IMG/VR virus record: IMGVR_UViG_3300037400_002094 | Span: 29,893-93,892 of that record | Origin: a virus | Lineage: Duplodnaviria; Caudoviricetes | Reading direction: 5' to 3' (one strand) | DNA: 64,000 bases | Part shown: piece by piece, positions 18,849-29,256 of the stretch | Position numbering within the stretch: position 1 is the first letter of the stretch | Layout: every line of letters starts with the position of its first letter | The notes under the pieces: generated by a model | What the model was told of the DNA's origin: nothing | The model's input: the letters and a program-made list of their open reading frames with translations, nothing else | The model's database searches: none | Position numbers and translations under genes: made by a program

Positions 18849-20249
18849 ATGGCTCAACAGAGAAAGGATAATTTAGGGTATCTTGGTGAAGCATACCAGT
18901 ACAAATTAGCCCATGAGTTCATGGAAAATCACACTTTCTTTGAGGACTTAAGCCCTATTATAGACCAGAATATGTTCACAGACCCCAATCTTAAGACGTT
19001 TGTGGGTGTGATGAAGAACTATTATGAGCGAGAGGGTAGTGTTCCTAAGTACGACTATATGGAGATTGAGCTTAGGAACATATCTCACTCAGAGAAGGAA
19101 ACCGAGACATATCTGGCTGTACTGGAGAAAGTTAAGGAAGCACCATCAAACGGTGTTGAGAGGACGAGAGACCTTGCTGAGAAGTTCTTCAGACAACAGA
19201 ATATAATCAAGACCGCAAACGAAATTCTTAAGGTGGCTGGTGACGGTGATTCGGATAAGTATGATGCATGTGTCAACCTGTTGAATGATGCGATGACAAA
19301 GGGAATACACAATGACTTTGGTGAGTGCCTGTTCGACAACTTAAGCGAAACGCTGTCTGATGACTACAGAACCCCGATTCCAACAGGTATTGGAAAAATT
19401 GATGAGATTCTTGAAGGTGGACTTGGAAAGGGAGAGTTAGGCGTTATAATCGGTCCTACTTCCTTCGGTAAGACCAGTCTCACCACAGCTATGGCTTCAC
19501 ATGCTGCATTGAGTGGATTCAAGGTGTTGCAGATTGTCTTCGAGGATAGAATCAAGCAGATTCAGAGAAAGCACATCGGTAGAATTACTGGAATTGAAGC
19601 AAAGGACTTGTCAAAACCAGGGGTCATAGAACAGGTGAAGCAGACCCTTGAACAGTTCCCAGATAAAGAGAAACTACAGGAGAACCTTAGAATTGTCAAG
19701 TTCCCAAGTGGTGAGAAGACAGCAAGACAGATTGAGAGGTTCATCAAGAAACTCATAAACACTGGATTCAAGCCAGACCTTACCATTGTGGACTACTTCG
19801 AGTGTCTTGAACATGAGGCTGATAAGTCAGTTACCAACGAGTTTGAGAAAGAGGGTAGAACGATGCGTAGGTTTGAGGCAATGGCTGGAGAGCTTGATAT
19901 GGCAATCTGGATTCCGTCACAGGGTACAAAGGACTCTATAAACCTTGAACTCGTAACGATGGATAAAATAGGCGGTTCTGTCAAGAAAGCCCAAATAGCA
20001 CATGTCATAATGTCAATAGCCAGGACTGTGGAGGATATAAGCAATAACAAGGCCACAATAGCCATCCTAAAGAACAGAGCTGGTAAGAGTGGAAAGGTGC
20101 TTAACAACGTGGAATTCAATAATGGTACATGTAGAATCAGCACCGATAACGTTGATGAATATGACAGTATGTACGAGGTCAAAAAGAAGGAACAGGAGGA
20201 TAGGTTGGCACTTGGAAGAGAGGTATTCAAGCTTGCCAAAAATACCTAA
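18849..20249 (+). CDS. dnaB: Replicative DNA helicase (DnaB / T4 gp41-like)
   Basis: GGLGKGELGVIIGPTSFGKTS, IVDYFECL, IWIPSQ, ILKNRAG. Confidence 0.92.
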   Translation: MAQQRKDNLGYLGEAYQYKLAHEFMENHTFFEDLSPIIDQNMFTDPNLKTFVGVMKNYYEREGSVPKYDYMEIELRNISHSEKETETYLAVLEKVKEAPSNGVERTRDLAEKFFRQQNIIKTANEILKVAGDGDSDKYDACVNLLNDAMTKGIHNDFGECLFDNLSETLSDDYRTPIPTGIGKIDEILEGGLGKGELGVIIGPTSFGKTSLTTAMASHAALSGFKVLQIVFEDRIKQIQRKHIGRITGIEAKDLSKPGVIEQVKQTLEQFPDKEKLQENLRIVKFPSGEKTARQIERFIKKLINTGFKPDLTIVDYFECLEHEADKSVTNEFEKEGRTMRRFEAMAGELDMAIWIPSQGTKDSINLELVTMDKIGGSVKKAQIAHVIMSIARTVEDISNNKATIAILKNRAGKSGKVLNNVEFNNGTCRISTDNVDEYDSMYEVKKKEQEDRLALGREVFKLAKNT

Positions 20250-20286
20250 AATTTTCTTTAGATTTTTTTTTTAGACCACACCAATT

Positions 20287-20322
20287 TGGCTATCAATGAG
20301 TTATAAAATTGGTAGCCATTTT
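20287..20322 (+). terminator. Putative terminator after the helicase
   Basis: TGGCTATCAAT / ATTGGTAGCCA stem (one G-U) followed by TTTT. Confidence 0.5.
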
Positions 20323-20446
20323 CTTTTCAAATCGACTTCATTTTTACCACACGAGGGTATATTTATTTTAACATTGCAATGGTAAAAAAAAAAAGGTTGA
20401 CCGAAAAGAGAAGAAAATAATTTAATTAAAAAAAGAACTTTTGTTT

Positions 20447-22657
20447 ATGCAAGTAATCAAGCGTGACAAAACAGAAGAATTGTTCCAAATTCAGAAAATT
20501 GAAAGTGCTATTGAAAGGGCGTTTGCATCATGCGGGAAAGAGCCAGATTACAAGGTAATCGACTGTATTAAAAGGATTTACAACATTCAGTCAAACGATA
20601 CAGTACATGTGGAGGACATACAGGATAACGTCGAGAAGTGTCTGATGGAGATTGATAAAGAGGTAGCGAAAGCATACATCATCTACAGATACAATCACAA
20701 GCTGATTCGTGAGAACAAGGACAAGCTGTACAAGGACATTACAAAGAAGCTCTTAGCCACAAATGTGACAAACCAGAACGCCAATGTTGATGAGCATTCC
20801 TTTGGCGGTAGAATGGGCGAAGTAAACAGACTGGTTCTCAAGGACTATGCATTGAAATATTGCATGTCCAGGAAGTCCAGAAACAATCACCTTAATAATG
20901 AGGTCTATATTCATGACCTGGATTCGTATGCTGCTGGAATGCATAACTGTCTCTCAATTCCATTTGATGACCTTCTTGCTAAGGGCTTCAATACGAGACA
21001 GACGGACGTTAGACCAGCAAATAGTATCAATACAGCAATGCAGCTTGTTGCAGTGATTTTCCAGTTACAGAGTTTACAGCAGTTTGGTGGCGTGTCGGCA
21101 ACGCACCTTGACTGGACGATGGTCCCATATGTACGTAAATCATTCTACAAGCATTTCAAGAACGGAGCAAGATATATAGAAGGAGTAAGGGATTTAAGTG
21201 AATTTAATGACTCAATGTCCATAGAGGACGAGAAGTACAAGGAGAGTGGTAACGTATACACATACGCTATTGAACAGACGCAGAAGGAACTGATACAGGC
21301 TGTTGAAGGTATGTATCATAACCTCAATACATTACAGAGCAGAAGCGGAAACCAGCTCCCATTTACATCTATCAACTATGGAACTTGTACACTTCCAGAG
21401 GGAAGAATGGTAATCAAGGCACTTCTTGATGGTTCTATAGATGGAGTTGGAAAACATCATAAGACACCTATTTTCCCATGCGGTATCTTCCAGATGATGC
21501 ATGGTGTAAACAAGGCAGAAGGAGACCCTAACTATGACTTATTCAAGCTTGCCCTCAAGTCTACATCACAGAGATTGTATCCAAACTACGCTAACTGTGA
21601 CTGGACTGGTAACGCAGGCTACGACCCTAACGACCCAAGGACTTATTTCAGCACTATGGGCTGTAGAACCGCCAATGGCTTTGACGTAAACGGTCTTGGT
21701 CAGTTGAAGGACGGTAGAGGTAACATATGCCCTGTTACAGTCATCATGCCTACACTTGCTATGGAGGCTAAGGAAAAGGTTGAGGAGAAGACTATCAAGG
21801 AAGAAAGAAAGTATACCGACGAAGAGGTATTAACCGAGTTCATGAAAATTCTTAACAAAAAGATTGACGAGGCTAAGGACATGCTCATCGAGAGATTCGA
21901 GTGGATATGCAGTCAGTCACCAGCTTCAGCAAGATTCATGTGGGAGAACAGGACTATGGCTGGATATGTACCAGAAGAGGGAATACGTTCAGCATTGAAG
22001 CATGGTACTCTTGCACTTGGACAACTTGGATTAGCTGAGACTCTACAGATTCTCGTACACACAGACCATACCACAGATAAGGGTATGGAAGTTGCAAAGG
22101 AGATTGAGACAATGTTTAGTGAGAAGATTAAGGGTTTCAAAGAGACATATAAGCTCAACTTCGGTGTGTACTTTACACCAGCAGAGAATCTTTGCTACAC
22201 TGCCATGAAGAAGTTCAAGGACAGGTTCGGTGTTATACCTAACGTATCAGACAGGGAGTACTTTACTAACTCAATGCACGTTCCAGTATGGCATGATATG
22301 TCACCGTTCCAGAAGATTGATATCGAAGCACAGCTTACAAGCTTCTCAACAGCAGGATGTATTACTTATGTGGAGCTTCCTAGCACCACTAAGCACAACC
22401 TGGATGCACTGGAGGCAATTGTACTCTATGCTATGGATAAGAACATACCTTATTTTGCAATAAATGTCCCTAACGACACCTGTGAGGACTGCGGATATAC
22501 CGATGAAATGGGCGATACTTGCCCAATGTGCGGAAGTAAGAATATCAGCAGGCTACGTAGAGTTACTGGTTACTTGACTGGAGACTACAAGACGGCCTTC
22601 AACTTCGGTAAGCAAGAAGAGGTCAAGGACAGAGTAAAACATATAAAGGAGTTTTAA
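20447..22657 (+). CDS. nrdD: Anaerobic (class III) ribonucleotide reductase with ATP cone
   Basis: VIKRD ATP cone, YIHDLD...HNC, MGCRT, TPAENL, YFTNS, CEDC...CPMC, glycyl-radical motif RRVTGYL. Confidence 0.97.
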   Translation: MQVIKRDKTEELFQIQKIESAIERAFASCGKEPDYKVIDCIKRIYNIQSNDTVHVEDIQDNVEKCLMEIDKEVAKAYIIYRYNHKLIRENKDKLYKDITKKLLATNVTNQNANVDEHSFGGRMGEVNRLVLKDYALKYCMSRKSRNNHLNNEVYIHDLDSYAAGMHNCLSIPFDDLLAKGFNTRQTDVRPANSINTAMQLVAVIFQLQSLQQFGGVSATHLDWTMVPYVRKSFYKHFKNGARYIEGVRDLSEFNDSMSIEDEKYKESGNVYTYAIEQTQKELIQAVEGMYHNLNTLQSRSGNQLPFTSINYGTCTLPEGRMVIKALLDGSIDGVGKHHKTPIFPCGIFQMMHGVNKAEGDPNYDLFKLALKSTSQRLYPNYANCDWTGNAGYDPNDPRTYFSTMGCRTANGFDVNGLGQLKDGRGNICPVTVIMPTLAMEAKEKVEEKTIKEERKYTDEEVLTEFMKILNKKIDEAKDMLIERFEWICSQSPASARFMWENRTMAGYVPEEGIRSALKHGTLALGQLGLAETLQILVHTDHTTDKGMEVAKEIETMFSEKIKGFKETYKLNFGVYFTPAENLCYTAMKKFKDRFGVIPNVSDREYFTNSMHVPVWHDMSPFQKIDIEAQLTSFSTAGCITYVELPSTTKHNLDALEAIVLYAMDKNIPYFAINVPNDTCEDCGYTDEMGDTCPMCGSKNISRLRRVTGYLTGDYKTAFNFGKQEEVKDRVKHIKEF

Positions 22658-22660
22658 GTT

Positions 22661-23152
22661 ATGAGAGTAAATAAGATAACGTACCCAGAGCTTAGCAACG
22701 GAATTGGATTCAGAATCACCGTGTGGGTTTCTGGGTGCGTCCATCACTGTAAAGGATGCCACAACCCAGAGACCTGGGACTTTAACGGTGGAAGGGAGTT
22801 CACCGATGACGACAAGAAGGAGATATTCAAGCTCCTTACTATACCTTATTTAAAAGGTGTTACTTTTTCTGGGGGAGACCCGCTATGTTCATATGAAGAT
22901 GTTTTATCCTTTGCGAAGGAATTAAAAGAGAAGTTCCCAGATAAGGACATCTGGGTTTATACAGGTTTTAAGTTTGAATATGTAGCAGAACACATGAGTG
23001 AGATTTTGGATTATGTAGATTACATAGTCGATGGTAAGTTTGAAGAAGACAAGAAGAATCTTAGTTTAGCCTTTAGAGGTTCAGAGAACCAAAGGATTTG
23101 GAAAAAGGAAGAGGGAGAGTTCAAAGTAATTAATTTAGATGAAGGTGGTTAG
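22661..23152 (+). CDS. nrdG: Anaerobic RNR activating radical SAM enzyme
   Basis: SGCVHHCKGCHN, SGGDPL, VDGKF, FRGSENQRI; adjacent to nrdD. Confidence 0.96.
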   Translation: MRVNKITYPELSNGIGFRITVWVSGCVHHCKGCHNPETWDFNGGREFTDDDKKEIFKLLTIPYLKGVTFSGGDPLCSYEDVLSFAKELKEKFPDKDIWVYTGFKFEYVAEHMSEILDYVDYIVDGKFEEDKKNLSLAFRGSENQRIWKKEEGEFKVINLDEGG

Positions 23153-23168
23153 AAATAGCCGCCTTTTT
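23142..23168 (+). terminator. Intrinsic terminator after nrdG
   Basis: AAGGTGGTTA-GAAA-TAGCCGCCTT plus TTT; GAAA tetraloop. Confidence 0.75.
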
Positions 23169-23169
23169 A

Positions 23170-23182
23170 TATTTATAGTAAA
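23170..23182 (+). promoter_or_regulatory. Putative late promoter
   Basis: TATTTATAGTAAA right after a terminator and before a structural gene. Confidence 0.55.
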
Positions 23183-23196
23183 TAATTAGGTTTACT

Positions 23197-24345
23197 ATGA
23201 TATTGACAGAAGATATAAAGGGCCTATTCCGTACCGTGAGGACGATGCTTGGTGCTCCAATACGTATTGTACAGCTTGAGGACGAGCAGTTGTGTGACCT
23301 CCTGGACGTAGCAATAGGCGACTACTCTGAGAAGGTTCAGAACTGGGTAATAGAGACGCAGTGGCTCAACATGCAGACGAAGGGACAGATACAGTTCCAG
23401 AATGCAAGTGAGCTGGCATACGCCATGACTGTACGTACAATGGACTGGTCTAGGGACTATTCATATTGGTTCTCACGTGAGGTAGGACTACAGCAGAGAG
23501 GACACTACGAACTCAAGAAAGACTTCTTCCAGGTTGAGAGAGGAAAGCAGGTATACGTAATTCCAGCGGGACGTGAGATAAATAAGGTGATGTATGTTAC
23601 CCCATCAACAACTAAAGCAGCCCTCTACGGCAACTTAGGAACGCTTGATACTGGTATTGCTGGAGGCTTCGGACAATACGGTAACATGGGTAATGGTATG
23701 GGTCTTACAGGATTCTATGTAGGCTCAGCCTATGACACAGCTCTTATGGCTGCTGACTTAAAATACAAGAACTCATTGCTTAGAGGTGACTTGGCTTATA
23801 AGGTAACGGCAGGACCTGATGGAACACACCTTGTACACCTTCTTTCCACTCCAGGTTCTCCAAATATGGTCGGTGGTGTTGCTGCTGACGATACTTGGGG
23901 ATGGAACAGGTATGCAAGCTGCTACGTATGGTACACATATTATGATGTGAGTGGCGCTGATGATGCTACAGAGTGTATGCTGGAGAATAAGGATGATGTT
24001 ATCATCACCCCAGACCAAGTGCCATTGGATAAAATGAGGTACGAGCTTATGAATAACCCTACACAGCAGATTATAAGACGCTTACTTGTTGCAGAGGCTA
24101 AGATATTGCTTGGTATCATTAGGGGTACGTACAGCGGTGCTGTGAAGATTCCAGAGGCAGAAATGCAGATGGATTACAATATGCTACTTGAGCAGGGCAA
24201 GTCAGAGAAGGAAACGGTGCTTAATGAGTTGAAGGAGAGGCTGGAGAGGATGCTTCCTTGGAACTTGATTAAGAACCAGGTTGAAATGAGTGATAACCTT
24301 ATAAAGGTACTTAAGAACAAACCACTTGGACTGTTTGTGAGATAA
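23197..24345 (+). CDS. Probable neck / head-tail adaptor protein (T4 gp13-like)
   Basis: LGAPIRIVQLEDEQL...AKILLGIIRGTYSG...LLEQGKSEKE...L pattern of gp13-like neck proteins. Confidence 0.65.
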   Translation: MILTEDIKGLFRTVRTMLGAPIRIVQLEDEQLCDLLDVAIGDYSEKVQNWVIETQWLNMQTKGQIQFQNASELAYAMTVRTMDWSRDYSYWFSREVGLQQRGHYELKKDFFQVERGKQVYVIPAGREINKVMYVTPSTTKAALYGNLGTLDTGIAGGFGQYGNMGNGMGLTGFYVGSAYDTALMAADLKYKNSLLRGDLAYKVTAGPDGTHLVHLLSTPGSPNMVGGVAADDTWGWNRYASCYVWYTYYDVSGADDATECMLENKDDVIITPDQVPLDKMRYELMNNPTQQIIRRLLVAEAKILLGIIRGTYSGAVKIPEAEMQMDYNMLLEQGKSEKETVLNELKERLERMLPWNLIKNQVEMSDNLIKVLKNKPLGLFVR

Positions 24346-24368
24346 AATTTTAAAAAAATATTAAAAAT

Positions 24369-24413
24369 AATCGGGATAAAATTTGTTTATCTCGATTTTT
24401 TTATATATCTTTG
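24369..24413 (+). promoter_or_regulatory. Terminator hairpin fused to a sigma-A promoter (cassette 2)
   Basis: AATCGGGATAAA-ATTTG-TTTATCTCGATT, T-tract, TATCTTTG at 24406-24413 (spacer 20). Confidence 0.8.
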
Positions 24414-24436
24414 CGTATATAAACGTTTTTTAACAT

Positions 24437-26152
24437 ATGCAAAATAAAACAACAGAAGAATTTATAAAAGAAGTTGAAGAAAGATTTCCAGGTGAAGTTT
24501 CTTTTGAGAAAACTGTCTATACTGGCGCATATTCACCGTTAATAATGACTTGTTCTAAACATGGTGATATAACAGTCGTCCCGCATAACGTCTTGAAAAA
24601 TAATGCTGTTTGCGCTTGTCCTAAATGTGGAAGGGAAAAAGGTAACAATAATTCTAAACTAACAAGAGGTGGCACTAAAGTAAAATTTTTAGAGCGTTTA
24701 TATAAACGTTTTCCTAACATTAAATATGATTTTTCAGAAGCTAAATATATTAATAGTAAAACTCACATGAAAGTTATATGTCATGAAAAGGATTGTAATG
24801 GTGTTGAACACGGTGCTTGGTTCATAAAACCAAGTAATTTATATACTGGCTACGGTTGTCCTAAATGTGGAAATGAAAAAAGCACCCAAGAACGTAGAAT
24901 GTCTTATGAAGATTACTGTAAATTGGTATCAGAAAAATATGGCGATATATATGAGGTTGATGAAAATTCGTATCACGATAAAAGTAGTTCAATAAAAATT
25001 CGTTGTAAAAAACACAATACTTATTTTATAGCAAACAGTAGGGAGTTTCCAAAATGTAATTCACACAAATGTCCAGAGTGTATAAAGGAGGAAATAGAAG
25101 AATATTCTAGTGCTACTAGAGATACAAATATTATAGAAGATAACGGTGTGTGGAAAAACGATTCTATTAATTTTAATGAAGAGGTGTGGGTTGATGTTTT
25201 GGGATTTGAAGGGCAATATCAATGCAGTAGTGAAGGTAGATTTAAGAATATAAGTGTTAAAAATAAGAATGGAGAAAAAGCTAGAGACAGACTAATACGT
25301 GTTAGTTTTGCAAACCGTTTAGGTACAGTGTGTTTAGGGGGAAAACTTTATTCTGCTAGCAGAAAGATATATGAAAGTTTTCATAAGATTAAACTACCTT
25401 CTGGATATACTCATACAATAGACCATATAGATAATAATGTTAGAAACAACAGAATATCTAATCTGAGATTAGGTGGCTCAATACGTGAGAATATGCTTAA
25501 CAATCATAAAACTCGTGCGAAATTATCTGCAAGATGTGGTGCTATTGGTGTAACACCTATCTTTGATTTTGATGACTTACCAGGAGAAAAATGGGTTGAT
25601 GCAATTGGGTATGAGAATTTGTACTCTGTATCTAATCTTGGAAGGGTTATGGCTAAAGAACGAACGCTAATTGAAAAAAATAGAAACGTAAAGAGAGTTA
25701 AAAGAAAGCATCTTATGAGACAATGTATCAAATATGGACAATATTACACATTGGGACTTATAGATAGTAACGGAAATCACAAAACACATTACACTCATAA
25801 GTTGGTATATGAAAGTTTTAATGGCAGAGTAAAGGATGGTAATCAAATTGACCATATTGATTCTAACCCCTTGAATAATAAATTAGAGAATCTTAGAGAA
25901 GTAACGCCACTAGAAAACGTTAATAACTCAAACACTAGGAAAAAAAGGAAGTCTCCAGATACACATGCTGGAGTATTAGTAAAAAAGTTGGATTTACATA
26001 ATAATGTTATAGTCACATATATGTCTATCAGAGAGGCTGCTAGACAAAATAATGTTGCTGTTACATCTATGTATAAATGGATTAGTGGCAAGATTGACCA
26101 AAAGAGAAATCGCCTTAAGGGATATTATTTCAAGGTTGAGGAGAATATTTAA
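24437..26152 (+). mobile_element. Free-standing HNH homing endonuclease gene: zinc-ribbon repeats, 2 x NUMOD4-HNH, NUMOD1-like tail
   Basis: CSKH...CPKC-type modules; EVWVDVLGFEGQYQCSSEGR...IDHIDNNVRNNRISNL and EKWVDAIGYENLYSVSNLGRV...IDHIDSNPLNNKLENL; YMSIREAAR; visibly more AT-rich than its neighbours. Confidence 0.85.
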
Positions 26153-26160
26153 AAAACGTT

Positions 26161-26208
26161 AAAAATCGGGATTATATTTGGTAGTCTCGATTTTTTTAGC
26201 TATCTTTG
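26161..26208 (+). promoter_or_regulatory. Terminator hairpin fused to a sigma-A promoter (cassette 3)
   Basis: AAAAATCGGGATTAT-ATTTG-GTAGTCTCGATTTTT, TATCTTTG at 26201-26208 (spacer 20). Confidence 0.8.
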
Positions 26209-26230
26209 CACACAAAAAAGGAGAAATAAT

Positions 26231-26407
26231 ATGTGTAAGTTTTGTGAAGGCAAGAAAACCATTGGTAGAGAAGGCCGTAAGATTTTTATGAATGAATCTG
26301 GACAACTTGTATACCTTGGAGAGCACACCATATTTGGTGATGTCATTGGTAAGGTTAAGTTCTGTCCAGAGTGCGGTAAAACAATAAAAGAAAATAAGGA
26401 AGGATAA
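26231..26407 (+). CDS. Small zinc-ribbon protein (not in the ORF track)
   Basis: 58 aa, MCKFCEG...KFCPECGK; first gene after cassette 3. Confidence 0.75.
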   Translation: MCKFCEGKKTIGREGRKIFMNESGQLVYLGEHTIFGDVIGKVKFCPECGKTIKENKEG

Positions 26408-26411
26408 TAAT

Positions 26412-26738
26412 ATGACTGGTATTGAAATTGTATTGTGGATTGTATTATGGATTATTGGTATTATAGGTACACTAGTCGTTTTATATTATGTCAATAATAA
26501 GGTGACATTGGCTAATGCGGTTTGTGCAATATTATTCTGGTGGATTATATTACCAATATTTTTCATAGCAGGCGTAGCATTTGTAATTTCCTGGCTTTTC
26601 ACAACGGCTAATGATATTGTCCTGGTGGAGAGAGGCGACTGGTGGCTTTCCAAGGAAGAGAGGAAGATATTAAGGGAGGAAAAGAAAAAGGAGAAGAAAG
26701 GAAAAGGTTTAACATTAAATAACATTTTAAGAAAATGA
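26412..26738 (+). CDS. Small membrane protein
   Basis: Two hydrophobic segments and a Lys-rich C-terminus; ATGA overlap with the TBDR gene. Confidence 0.7.
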   Translation: MTGIEIVLWIVLWIIGIIGTLVVLYYVNNKVTLANAVCAILFWWIILPIFFIAGVAFVISWLFTTANDIVLVERGDWWLSKEERKILREEKKKEKKGKGLTLNNILRK

Positions 26739-28777
26739 AAAAGTTTATCGGTTTATTTATGTGTCTGGTAATGACAACAATGACCTATGCTGACACAATC
26801 GAGAGTACAGATTCTGTAATTAACCAGACGTTGGACGAGTTCACCGTCACCTCCTTCTATCGGAGTGCTACCCCCATGTTGGGCAGTTCTGTGGACTCTA
26901 AGAACCTTGTTGCCAACAACTACGGTCAAGAGCCTTCTTGGTTGTTTGCCAAGATGCCTTCCATCTTCGCATTCAGCGACAACGGCACTGACTTTGGTTA
27001 CGGCTATTTCCGCATTCGTGGTCTTGACCAGACCCGCATTAATGTAACGCTGGACGGTATGCCTTGGAATGAGGCTGAGGATTTTGGCTGTTACTTCGCT
27101 AATAGTCCCGACATTATGGCAGACGCAGGTACAATTGACGTTGGGCGTGGTACAAGCACCTATAATCCAGGAACTGCATCCTACGGTGGAAGTATCAACA
27201 TCAGCTCTGTAGACCTGTTGAAGAACACCACATCATATGCTGAGTTCGGTGCAGGTAGCTTCGCATCAGCCAAGACATCTGTAAACATCAACACAGGACT
27301 CATGGGTAAGTGGGCATTACATGTGCGTGGTACATTGTCGCATACTGATGGTTATCGTGAGCACAGCCAGAACAACTCACAATCACTTGGTTTCAAGCTG
27401 GGTTACTTCATCAATGAAAAGAGTTGGGTTGACCTCTTATCTATTACAGGCTACCATACCAATGGACAGGGTTATATCGGCGTTTCTATGGAAGACCTTG
27501 AGAAGAACCGACACCTCAATGGCTGTAGCAAGGACGAAGATGACAATTTCTTCCAGACCGTCAATAAGCTGACGTATAACAGTTGGCTTGGCGAGAAGAT
27601 TCTGTTTACCTCTTCACTCTACTGGAACATGCTGATGGGTGAGTATCGCTTTGACCTTGATAACTATATGATTCGCCTCTGTGACGAGCCTATGGAGACT
27701 GGTATGCTATACAACTACGGTCTTAAGCAGCACATGTACGGTGGCAATGCAGCAGCACGTTACTACATCAATGATGGCTCTATTACCATTGGTACTAATA
27801 TCTACAAGTTCGAGCGTGAGCACTACCTTGATGACCGTAACATCGACAAGGCACGTAACATCGACCCTGCTGAGTACTATGGCAATCGTGGTCACAAGAT
27901 GGACTATGAGGTGTTCTTGAATGCTAAAAAGTCATTCGGAAACTTTACATTGTCAGCCAATGCACAGTATCGTGGCGTTAACTTCTGGTATCGTGACCTT
28001 ATGAACCCGCTGGTTGAGTTTGACGAGGACACCAAGTGGAATTTCCTTAACTTCGGTGCTGATGTGAGCTACAAGATTGGTCGTCACAATGAGGTTTACT
28101 TGAAGTACGCACGAGCCAACCGTGAACCGACACGAACCGATATGTTCGGTGGTAATGAGTGGTATCCTGGTGCGCTTACAACGACTGATGCTGAGGTTTC
28201 CAATGACGTTGAAATTGGCTGGAACATTGCTACGAAGCGTCTTAACGCCAACTTGAACCTGTTTGGCATGTTCTTCGAGAATGAGCGTTCATTGACTGGT
28301 ACAATCGGTCTGAACGGTCTCCCAGAGCACGAGAAGGCAGACAATAGTCATCGTATGGGTATCGAGTTGTATGTCGATTATAATCCGTTTGCAAAATTGC
28401 ATCTTATCAACAATTCTTCATATTCAAATAATAAGGTTAAGACTGACACCTATGGCACTAAGACTCATGTTCTTACTCCAGGATGTACGTTTAACCAGGA
28501 TATTGAATGGAGAGATAAGATATGGACATTTGGTATAGGATATAAGTATCGTAGCCATATGTACCTTGATATGGCTAATACTGAACGAATTCCAGACCTG
28601 TGGCAGCTTAATCTCTATGGTAGTGTTACCCTTGGTAAGTTCATCGTCAGTGGGCATGTTAATAACATTACCAATCGTGACAATATGCAGACAGGTGTGC
28701 TAACCAATACCAACAAGGCTCGTTTCATGCCTGATGCACCAACGAATGTGTTTACTTCAATTAAATATATGTTCTAA
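26735..28777 (+). CDS. TonB-dependent outer-membrane receptor (Bacteroidota vitamin-uptake type)
   Basis: Signal peptide MKKFIGLFMCLVMTTMTYA; TonB-box-like LDEFTVT; plug RIRGLDQTRINVTLDGMP...GRG...YGGSIN; REPT; VNNITN; C-terminal IKYMF beta-signal. Confidence 0.9.
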   Translation: MKKFIGLFMCLVMTTMTYADTIESTDSVINQTLDEFTVTSFYRSATPMLGSSVDSKNLVANNYGQEPSWLFAKMPSIFAFSDNGTDFGYGYFRIRGLDQTRINVTLDGMPWNEAEDFGCYFANSPDIMADAGTIDVGRGTSTYNPGTASYGGSINISSVDLLKNTTSYAEFGAGSFASAKTSVNINTGLMGKWALHVRGTLSHTDGYREHSQNNSQSLGFKLGYFINEKSWVDLLSITGYHTNGQGYIGVSMEDLEKNRHLNGCSKDEDDNFFQTVNKLTYNSWLGEKILFTSSLYWNMLMGEYRFDLDNYMIRLCDEPMETGMLYNYGLKQHMYGGNAAARYYINDGSITIGTNIYKFEREHYLDDRNIDKARNIDPAEYYGNRGHKMDYEVFLNAKKSFGNFTLSANAQYRGVNFWYRDLMNPLVEFDEDTKWNFLNFGADVSYKIGRHNEVYLKYARANREPTRTDMFGGNEWYPGALTTTDAEVSNDVEIGWNIATKRLNANLNLFGMFFENERSLTGTIGLNGLPEHEKADNSHRMGIELYVDYNPFAKLHLINNSSYSNNKVKTDTYGTKTHVLTPGCTFNQDIEWRDKIWTFGIGYKYRSHMYLDMANTERIPDLWQLNLYGSVTLGKFIVSGHVNNITNRDNMQTGVLTNTNKARFMPDAPTNVFTSIKYMF

Positions 28778-28779
28778 TT

Positions 28780-29178
28780 ATGGATAAGTTATATATAGAT
28801 GATACACATCCTGGGTTTCTTAGAATGAAAAAAGATGATGGAACTGTTGTAAGTCATTTGGATTATAAATGTTATATCAAAAGTGAAACAAAAGAAGTAT
28901 ATTCAGTATCTATCGATTTACTAGAAACCAAAGAAGGGTATAGAAATAATGGATATGCCACAAAATTGGTTAACCATTTAATCGAAAAGTACAGAGGGGT
29001 AGACATAGAACTATATTGTATACCTCTTGTTCAAAAAGATGGTTTTGACCAGGCGCAAATAGAATTATTATTGTTTTATAAACACCTTGGATTCAAAGAA
29101 TTTAAAGAATATGAAGGACGTGTATTTGGTGGAATCACCAAAAAATATTTTAAAATGGTAAGAAAAGCAGTTAATTAG
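28780..29178 (+). CDS. GNAT-family acetyltransferase
   Basis: IDLLETKEGYRNNGYATKLV (motif A) and FYKHLGF. Confidence 0.8.
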   Translation: MDKLYIDDTHPGFLRMKKDDGTVVSHLDYKCYIKSETKEVYSVSIDLLETKEGYRNNGYATKLVNHLIEKYRGVDIELYCIPLVQKDGFDQAQIELLLFYKHLGFKEFKEYEGRVFGGITKKYFKMVRKAVN

Positions 29179-29182
29179 TATT

Positions 29183-29231
29183 AAAAAATGAGGTAATCGT
29201 TTGGTTATCTCATTTTTTTTATGTAAATTTG
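29183..29231 (+). promoter_or_regulatory. Terminator hairpin fused to a sigma-A promoter (cassette 4)
   Basis: AAAAAATGAGGTAAT...GTTATCTCATTTTTT with TTTG at 29200-29203 and TAAATTTG at 29224-29231 (spacer 20). Confidence 0.75.
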
Positions 29232-29256
29232 CAGGTGAAATAAAATTTAATTAATT

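Noticed and set aside
20250-20446. Riboswitch or NrdR box in the long nrdD leader
   Set aside because: Only a terminator-like stem, a repeated ACCACAC and a TATTTAT are visible; nothing I can match to a known element without an Rfam search.
10061-23152. Introns or inteins in recA, dnaB or nrdD
   Set aside because: Lengths and motif spacing look normal; no splice-junction motifs or frame breaks seen.
26161-26735. TPP or other vitamin riboswitch upstream of the TBDR
   Set aside because: The space is filled by two small ORFs and no TPP core motif is visible, so there is no regulatory clue to the substrate.
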